Source: a bacterium
GTDB lineage: Bacteria; Babelota; Babeliae; Babelales; JAUWHS01
Direction: 5' to 3'
Assembly (NCBI GenBank): GCA_043818275.1
Contig: JBDRFY010000073.1
Location: 1 to 33,744, forward strand
DNA: 33,744 nucleotides
Shown here: positions 27,614 through 33,744 of the stretch, in pieces
Layout of the letters: each line of letters begins with the position of its first letter
Position numbering within the stretch: the stretch's first letter is position 1
The notes under the pieces: model-generated
Databases searched by the model: none
Seen by the model: the letters and a program-made list of their open reading frames with translations, nothing else
What the model was told of the DNA's origin: nothing
Program-made: the position numbers and the translations under genes

Positions 27614-28324
27614 ATGTTTAAAAAATTATTTTTCATCGCAATTCTTTTTTTATTTACTTCAATTTGCGCGAACACAGAAAATCAAACAACTTCCAATATT
27701 GAATCAACGCAACAAGAAAGTAGTTCTATTAAAAACAATTCTAAGGATTTAGATTATTTTTTGGAATTGTATGCAAATGATAAATGGAGATTTATGGGGA
27801 AAAAGTTTATTGATGAATGGAAGAATACTTTTGATAAAAACAAAGCAGTCGATGATGCTGTATTTTTAAACGTATTGTTCATGTTTTTATTTGATCCAAT
27901 AATTATTATTGGATCATTTATAGCTCTTGTATTGTATTCAGAAAAACATTATTGGACGGGCAGAGAAACTGCAAAAACCATTATTGCAACCCTAATCGCA
28001 GAAATAATATTGATTATTATATTACACCATATTGCAAACAAAAAATTAAACTCTCAAATGGATGATAAAGTTAAAGAAAGAAATTATTGGACAATTAAAC
28101 ACTTTTTAAATAATTGGCAAAAATACAAACACATAACCCCAAAGGAACTATATCCTTTATTTGAAAAATTAATACCTATTTTTGACGAATTAAAACGCTA
28201 TGATGACACAAAAATAATTGAGGAAATTCAGCAACAAGTAAGAGATAATCAATCTGTTTATTATGAACAATACAAACAATCAATAACAAAACCACCGGTA
28301 ATAAATAACTATTACTACCACTAA
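27614..28324 (+). CDS. Hypothetical membrane protein (signal peptide plus 2 TM)
   Basis: MFKKLFF leader and two internal hydrophobic helices. Confidence 0.85.
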   Translation: MFKKLFFIAILFLFTSICANTENQTTSNIESTQQESSSIKNNSKDLDYFLELYANDKWRFMGKKFIDEWKNTFDKNKAVDDAVFLNVLFMFLFDPIIIIGSFIALVLYSEKHYWTGRETAKTIIATLIAEIILIIILHHIANKKLNSQMDDKVKERNYWTIKHFLNNWQKYKHITPKELYPLFEKLIPIFDELKRYDDTKIIEEIQQQVRDNQSVYYEQYKQSITKPPVINNYYYH

Positions 28325-28383
28325 ACAATATTATTAAAAAAGGCCTAATTGCAAGGCCTAATTTTATTGGATTTTAAAAAATT

Positions 28384-30255
28384 TTAATTAGCCACAGGCT
28401 CAAATTCGACAGGTTCAACATCCTCTTTACCTGTACCCGTCAAAACTTCTTTTGTAACGCTTTTAAATATCCTGGTTGTTGTACTGTCTTCAGGTTTTTC
28501 TTCGAGGTGTTTTTTCTTAAAATCTTCCAACTCTTCTCCTACTAATTCTTTGCCCTTTTCCCCTATTTTTTTAACTTTTGATTTAACCCATTCAACAACT
28601 TTACTCTTTTCTGGCTCAGGTTCTTTTTCCTCTTCAACCTTTTTTTCTATATCAACTTTTTCTGTTTCAACAATCACTTCCGGTTTTACAATCCCTTCTT
28701 TTTCTGATTTTTGTTCGGCGGTAATTTCTGTTTTTTTAAGATTTTCACCCCGATCATCCTCCCTTCGACTACGCTCAGGGTGAACGGGTTGAAGAATCGC
28801 AACAGGCAAAGGAATTAAAATGTCTTTTTTAGCAATTCCTTCTGGTAAAAAACCAAATATTTTTATCAAATCTATTTCATCAAATTTTGGAGTATGTTGT
28901 TTAATGAGATCTACTGAATTTTGAACAAAACCATAAACTGTATTTTGGCCATCGACAGGAATAAATACGCTTCGTGATTTTAATGTTTTTTCCATTTCAG
29001 ATTTTGCCAGTTCTATTTCTTCTTTTGCTTTTTGAGTTTTTTCAAAGGCTAATATAACTTCTTTATCATCCCGATCACCCTCCCTTCGACTAAGCTCAGG
29101 GTGAACGGATCGAAAGGCATCCTCATTTGCCTTTTGAGCTTGTTCAACCGACAACTCAAATTCGTCAGAATTAAATTCTTCTCCGGACTGTTTTTTATCG
29201 TAAAGTTCTTTTGAATGTTTTTCTGCTTCCTGATAAGCCTTTTCAGCCTCCTGCATTTTTTCCTGATACGGTTTGATAAAATTTTTACCAACAAAAGAAA
29301 TTTCATCACCTTTTAAATCAATAATTTTTATTGGTGTTGCTGATTCCAAAATTAATTTATTCGCTTTAGGCAAAATATTTTGTCTCACATAAGCTGCGAC
29401 CAGATTTAATAAATCATTTGCATCTTGAATGGATAATTCCTGATCTTCGGATAATTTTAATAAATCGTTTGGAGTTATAATTTTTTCCGCCACAACCTTT
29501 TCTTGATCAACGATTTTTTCTTTTTTAGGTTCTTCTGATATTGTTTCAGGTTTAGTCGCTTCAGGCTTTGTAGCTTCTGATTCTTTAAATTCTTCACCGG
29601 AAACTTCACCAACAGGCATTTCAGTTTTATCTTCATCTTTTTTTAATAACGCTTCATCCCATGAAGTGAATTCTGTTACATCTCCAGCCTCAAGCGCTGC
29701 GGCCCCTGCAGTTCCAAGGCCCGCAAGACCAACACTTGCTGTGCCTAAGCCGCCTAAACCCAGTCCACCTCCAGCGCCAACCCCTGTTCCAACTCCAGTA
29801 GATTTTTTAACGGAAGGTCTAATTAAACTTTTGAGCAAATTATATTCATAATGTTCAATTATTTCACTCGCTTTTCCTACATCTGGCGCTAACTTATCAT
29901 ATTGTTTTTGTAAGCGTTTTAATTTTTCTTCAGCAGCCTTTTTTTCTTCTCCTTGTTTTTTTTCAATATCATTTTTCTTTTGATTTATTTTTTCATTTAA
30001 AGTTCTAAATGTTTCAACCATTTCATCGTAAACTTGCTTGCTAGATTTACCATGTACCTTTTCTGATTTTTGCGTATCTGTTAAAGCTGATGAATATTTT
30101 ATATTCTCATATGTCTTATCAACTTTACGAGGCGCAAATTTTTTAATTATTCCCCTTTTTTCCTTGGCGTTTACATTTACAAAAGAAAAAATTATTAACA
30201 CCCCCCACAAAAAAATTACTTTTTTAAAATATTTAATCAAACAAAATTTATACAT
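28384..30255 (-). CDS. Large secreted acidic coiled-coil protein with a Gly-rich segment and two palindrome insertions
   Basis: 623-aa ORF with a signal peptide, GVGAGGGLGLGG segment, E/K-rich composition, and VHPE(L/R)SRRE(G/D)DR twice. Confidence 0.88.
   Translation of the reverse strand: MYKFCLIKYFKKVIFLWGVLIIFSFVNVNAKEKRGIIKKFAPRKVDKTYENIKYSSALTDTQKSEKVHGKSSKQVYDEMVETFRTLNEKINQKKNDIEKKQGEEKKAAEEKLKRLQKQYDKLAPDVGKASEIIEHYEYNLLKSLIRPSVKKSTGVGTGVGAGGGLGLGGLGTASVGLAGLGTAGAAALEAGDVTEFTSWDEALLKKDEDKTEMPVGEVSGEEFKESEATKPEATKPETISEEPKKEKIVDQEKVVAEKIITPNDLLKLSEDQELSIQDANDLLNLVAAYVRQNILPKANKLILESATPIKIIDLKGDEISFVGKNFIKPYQEKMQEAEKAYQEAEKHSKELYDKKQSGEEFNSDEFELSVEQAQKANEDAFRSVHPELSRREGDRDDKEVILAFEKTQKAKEEIELAKSEMEKTLKSRSVFIPVDGQNTVYGFVQNSVDLIKQHTPKFDEIDLIKIFGFLPEGIAKKDILIPLPVAILQPVHPERSRREDDRGENLKKTEITAEQKSEKEGIVKPEVIVETEKVDIEKKVEEEKEPEPEKSKVVEWVKSKVKKIGEKGKELVGEELEDFKKKHLEEKPEDSTTTRIFKSVTKEVLTGTGKEDVEPVEFEPVAN
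28749..28787. repeat. Family B 39-bp palindrome, in frame (copy 1)
   Basis: CCCGATCATCCTCCCTTCGACTACGCTCAGGGTGAACGG; 37/39 identical to 29070-29108. Confidence 0.9.
29070..29108. repeat. Family B 39-bp palindrome, in frame (copy 2)
   Basis: CCCGATCACCCTCCCTTCGACTAAGCTCAGGGTGAACGG; flanks unrelated to copy 1. Confidence 0.9.
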
Positions 30256-30398
30256 TTTTCTCCCAAATTTTAGTTCGTTATTTATTTTTTTAATTTTAAA
30301 TAATTTAGTAACAAAAAAACTATTTTGCAGTCAATTAAAACATTTTTATAAATCTAATTATAATTGATCTATGCAATTTTCTTTTACCCATTCAAAAA

Positions 30399-30428
30399 AA
30401 TTCCCGCAGTAGTTTTACTGCGGGAATT
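30399..30428 (-). terminator. Intrinsic terminator of the ankyrin gene
   Basis: AATTCCCGCAGTA-GTTT-TACTGCGGGAATT with a T-run on the minus strand. Confidence 0.8.
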
Positions 30429-30451
30429 CAACGTTAATAACACTTGAAAGT

Positions 30452-31237
30452 TTATATGTTATATCTTTTAAGATTTTCTTCTCTTTTAGCATTAAAAGTT
30501 TCAACAGAAATTTTATCGTCATCAATAACAAACTTGTTAACTTCTTCTAAAGCATATTTCAAATCCAAAAAACTATATTTTTCGCCTGGATTAAATCCAA
30601 CAAAAAAATTTTCTAACTCTTTATTTTGCAAATCTTTAATATAATGCATATAGTTTGTCAAATTTTTAAAATCATCCACGAACATTAATATCAAAATTAT
30701 TTCAAACAAATAGGTGTTCTTATGATTAGCAAATAATTTTTTCGCTTCCTCACTATTAAAATATTTATCCCAAACCGTTTGTCCTTGTAAATTTTTTATA
30801 TCTACTCTAGCACCAGCCATAAGCAAATAAGCAAAAAGAGCTTTTTTTGTATAAAGACTATCCATAATATAATGCAATGGTGTATCACCATTATCATCTT
30901 GAATGTTTACATCTGCTTTTTCCTTAAATATTAATTCTTTGATAAATGGGATAGCTTCTTTATAATTATTTTTTGTAAGGTTTACAGACAATGCAACATG
31001 CAAAGGTGTACGTCCTTTATCATCTTGCATATTAATCAATTTACTTTGCGGACAATCTTTATCCTTCAAAATATAACCAACAATAGCTGAATTAAAGGCG
31101 GATTTATCGAAATTTGAAGCCGCTTTATGAATAGGAAATTTATTCCTTCGCCCCAAAAACGCAGAAACATTATTGTTTAACATAGAAACTGCCAACAAAG
31201 CGGCAAGAATTATTTTTTTAAAACTCAACGTATTCAT
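30452..31237 (-). CDS. Secreted ankyrin-repeat protein
   Basis: GRTPLHVA, ADVNIQDDNGDTPLH and GARVDIKN; signal peptide. Start at MNTL behind GGAGG. Confidence 0.92.
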   Translation of the reverse strand: MNTLSFKKIILAALLAVSMLNNNVSAFLGRRNKFPIHKAASNFDKSAFNSAIVGYILKDKDCPQSKLINMQDDKGRTPLHVALSVNLTKNNYKEAIPFIKELIFKEKADVNIQDDNGDTPLHYIMDSLYTKKALFAYLLMAGARVDIKNLQGQTVWDKYFNSEEAKKLFANHKNTYLFEIILILMFVDDFKNLTNYMHYIKDLQNKELENFFVGFNPGEKYSFLDLKYALEEVNKFVIDDDKISVETFNAKREENLKRYNI

Positions 31238-31509
31238 CTCTCTAACCTCCAATTTTGGTTAAATAAAAAACTGACATAAAAACCTTGCTATACTTGCAAC
31301 GAAATCTGTCCTTAGATTCCGCATTTATTTCATATATAAAACTTACCATAAGCCTTTATTTATCGCAAAAGGCCGGTTGCAAGAGTAGCAATTTTGGGCA
31401 AAAATCAAATATTTTTGAAAAAAAGCAAGAAAAAGGGCATATTTTTAGAATAAAAATTTATAAACTTATTCCTCAAGAAACAAGAAATTCTCTTATCGCA
31501 AATGGTCTA

Positions 31510-31590
31510 ATATCATCAAAAGAATAGTGGTTAAAATAGTCCAACAGGGGGAGCCAGTCTTCGCCCTTTGGGCTACGCCTGGCACGGCCA
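31510..31590. repeat. attR-like junction: 34-bp flank, tRNA-Asn 3' fragment and family A palindrome
   Basis: AGTCC-AACAG-GGGGAGCCA then GTC-TTC-GCCC-TTT-GGGC-TAC-GCCTGG-CACGGCCA. The following AT tail resembles the tail after the tRNA-Val element. Confidence 0.75.
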
Positions 31591-31707
31591 TTTTTTTAAT
31601 TGAATTAATATTTATTGAATTAAAAAACGAGAAATAACTTGATTGCAAACAATCAGATACCATCAAATGAACAGTGAGTAAAATAGGCCCCAAAAAACAA
31701 TTATGAT

Positions 31708-32325
31708 TTAATTGCCAATAGCAACAACTCGGGCCAAGGCAGAATCTGTTTCTGTCTTTAACGGTAAAGCAAAAACTTTAAAATTTTTAACATCTAATAA
31801 TTTTTCAAGGTTTGTTAAATTTTCAATAATCAAAATATTATTTTTGAAAAACATTTTATGAATTTCGAATGGATATTTATCTGGTGAGAAAAAATCGATT
31901 CCAATCATTTTAATTTTTTGCTCAATGAGTTTTTGCGCAAAACATGGTGAAAGAATTGGATGATTTTCAAAGTATTCTTGTGAACCAAATTTCTTATCAA
32001 ATCCGGTTAAAATTAAAACAATTAAATCTTTTTTATTTGGCATTTTTTTCAGTAATGATTCATCTATTTTTTTATTTCGCGCGTCGATCAAAAAGCCATT
32101 GCCAATAAATTTATCTACAGAAAAATCAGAAAGTAAAATTTTGGAATTTGTTAAATGACCTGGTCCATCAATATGCGTTCCAACATGCATACCGGTAACT
32201 AATTGCCAGTCATTATACTTATCTTTTTTAAGATTTTTTATTTTTTTAATTGATGCCGGTTCATCAAAACGACAAACCGGCATTATTTTTGTAAATTTGT
32301 GAGTTAAATCAATTATTGTTGTCAT
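31708..32325 (-). CDS. Cyclase family protein (kynurenine formamidase-like)
   Basis: HVGTHIDGPGH, GIDFFSPD, IIENL and ALPLK. Confidence 0.92.
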   Translation of the reverse strand: MTTIIDLTHKFTKIMPVCRFDEPASIKKIKNLKKDKYNDWQLVTGMHVGTHIDGPGHLTNSKILLSDFSVDKFIGNGFLIDARNKKIDESLLKKMPNKKDLIVLILTGFDKKFGSQEYFENHPILSPCFAQKLIEQKIKMIGIDFFSPDKYPFEIHKMFFKNNILIIENLTNLEKLLDVKNFKVFALPLKTETDSALARVVAIGN

Positions 32326-32331
32326 TAATAA

Positions 32332-32553
32332 TTATATGTCCCAATTTTTAATTAACTTACCTTCTTTATCTTTCATCATTCCCGAAGCAGCCATTATAAA
32401 ATCGATAATCGCCCAAAAACCAAGGCCACCTAAAGTCAATAACATCAATATTGCTGTGCCAGTTTTTCCAAGATAAAATCTGTGGGCTCCAAAAACGCCA
32501 AGAAAAAATGCAAATAACGTTGTAGCCAATCTTGATTTATTAGATATTTCCAT
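32332..32553 (-). CDS. TM2-domain protein
   Basis: KSRLATTLFAFFLGVFGAHRFYLGK...TLGGLGFWAIID. Confidence 0.93.
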   Translation of the reverse strand: MEISNKSRLATTLFAFFLGVFGAHRFYLGKTGTAILMLLTLGGLGFWAIIDFIMAASGMMKDKEGKLIKNWDI

Positions 32554-32659
32554 AACATCTCCTTTTTGAAATTTGTTTTAAACATAACCAAATATTATCA
32601 TAATAGGCTAAATCAACTCAATTAAAACAAATTTTTCGCATTAAGATATTCAATCCAGT

Positions 32660-33316
32660 TTACTCACAACCCTCCCATTCATTTAAAAATCTATCTAAAT
32701 ATTGCTGCATAAAAATATGGCGTTGCTCAGCGATCTGTTTTCCGGTTTTTGTATTCATCAAATCTTTGAGTAACAACAATTTTTCATAAAAATGATTAAT
32801 TGTCGTTCCATTGCATTTTGAATATTCTTCAAATGAATCATGCATTTGAGTTTTTACTGCAGGATTATACATTTCATTTCCCTTATTCCCTCCAAAAGCA
32901 AAAGTACGCGCGATTCCAATTGCGCCAATCGCGTCAAGGCGATCGGCATCCTGCACTATCATTCCCTCTTTGGTTGACATTGGAGTCGCAACACGCGCCC
33001 CTTTAAATGAAATTTCAGAAATTATTTTTGCAACATGATCTATAACGTTAGAAGAAACATTAAGACTAGCTAACCATTCACGTGCTTTTGTTGGTCCAAT
33101 TGTTAAATCACCGCCATGAAATTTAAAATCTGCAATGTCATGTAACAATGCAGCAAGTTCAACAACAAAAAGATCTACATTTTTTTCATCTTCTGCAATT
33201 CGAATGGCCATTTTCCAGGCACGATACACATGCCACCAATCATGTCCAGATGAATCTTTTTTTAAAACTTTTTTAACATGCTCAACTGTTTTTTCAATTA
33301 TTTCTTTTTTATTCAT
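32660..33316 (-). CDS. HD-domain phosphohydrolase (YedJ-like)
   Basis: GHDWWH, ALLHD, VQDADRLDAIGAIGIAR and HFYEKLL. Confidence 0.95.
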   Translation of the reverse strand: MNKKEIIEKTVEHVKKVLKKDSSGHDWWHVYRAWKMAIRIAEDEKNVDLFVVELAALLHDIADFKFHGGDLTIGPTKAREWLASLNVSSNVIDHVAKIISEISFKGARVATPMSTKEGMIVQDADRLDAIGAIGIARTFAFGGNKGNEMYNPAVKTQMHDSFEEYSKCNGTTINHFYEKLLLLKDLMNTKTGKQIAEQRHIFMQQYLDRFLNEWEGCE

Positions 33317-33376
33317 TGTTATTCTCTACTTAAAAATATTTAATTTAAATTTCAATCAAGTCTAAAACCTTATACG

Positions 33377-33413
33377 AAAAAAGAAAACTCCGAAATCTCG
33401 GAGCTTTCTTTTT
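33377..33413. terminator. Intrinsic terminator-like hairpin
   Basis: A-run, CTCCGA-AATC-TCGGAG, T-run. Confidence 0.65.
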
Positions 33414-33443
33414 ATTAATAATAATTAATTTTTGATTCTTTGA

Positions 33444-33744
33444 TTAAGCTTTAGCCATTTTTTCCGCATCTTCAATTGTCGGTAAAACATTACTAAAACC
33501 ATCATTAAGATTTTTATATACAATATATATTCTATTTTTCTGACATTCTTTTTTAATATGTTCTTCTAAGTTTGCAGAAGCTTTTTTAATCAAATTTTCT
33601 ATTAAATTTTTAATAATATCCTTTTTTCTATCAGCTAATATTTTTTTTAATTGGTCAACTTCTACTGCTTTTAAATTTTTAGAAACTTCATCTTTATCAA
33701 AAAAACCTCCTACTATAGATTCTTTATCACTTACTTGATTCAAT
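33444..33744 (-). CDS. C-terminal part of a hypothetical protein (5' end outside window)
   Basis: Frame is open to the window edge. Confidence 0.6.
   Translation of the reverse strand, partial: LNQVSDKESIVGGFFDKDEVSKNLKAVEVDQLKKILADRKKDIIKNLIENLIKKASANLEEHIKKECQKNRIYIVYKNLNDGFSNVLPTIEDAEKMAKA

Larger units (their letters stand above)
13414..31556. mobile_element. Putative (tandem) genomic island integrated at the tRNA-Asn 3' end; no integrase visible
   Basis: AGTCC-N5-GGGGAGCCAG at 31538-31557 matches the tRNA-Asn 3' end in sequence and spacing. A related junction lies at 14422-14463. Content is accessory, with several broken genes. Confidence 0.5.

Noticed and set aside
31285..31693. ORFs 31285-31527 and 31493-31693 as intact genes
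   Set aside because: Weak starts and no motifs. The second spans the att/palindrome junction, and the first may be only a gene remnant.
28550..33365. Antisense or alternative-frame ORFs inside the 623-aa, ankyrin and HD genes
   Set aside because: Shadow frames of supported genes.

Overview
AT-rich bacterial window. The gene mix suggests a host-dependent bacterium such as Ca. Dependentiae/Babeliae (TM6); this is inference from a minimal ftsQ-like/ftsA/ftsZ/pgeF block, nucleoside salvage (NupC-type transporter, deoxynucleoside kinase) and many signal-peptide ankyrin, LRR, TPR and pentapeptide proteins. Positions 1-13.4 kb are mostly housekeeping: the 5' end of a probable group II intron at the left edge, an MBL hydrolase, mnmA, a nupC-like gene, a TA remnant bracketed by a 28-bp duplication of the prfA 3' end, prfA, rpmE, PGI/PMI, pgeF, ftsZ, ftsA, an ftsQ-like gene, an rlmB-like gene, dNK, tRNA-Val and tRNA-Asn. 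Positions 13.4-31.6 kb look like a tandem island at tRNA-Asn, with decayed tRNA 3'-end copies at ~14.46 kb and ~31.55 kb that share a 34-bp flank. It carries (i) a putative defence operon (unknown gene, trypsin-like protease, HEPN-like gene; the last two broken in poly-A tracts), (ii) secreted proteins sharing a shuffled 'EYxxL...YLxxIGTPxA' module, (iii) a GG-motif glycine-zipper protein with two coupled micro-ORFs, and (iv) effector-like F-box/pentapeptide, LRR-CaaX and ankyrin genes. The most striking signal is a set of short GC-rich structured palindromes. They dock on tRNA CCA ends, sit in frame inside proteins (including MnmA) and even nest inside one another, with no cognate mobiliser in the window.
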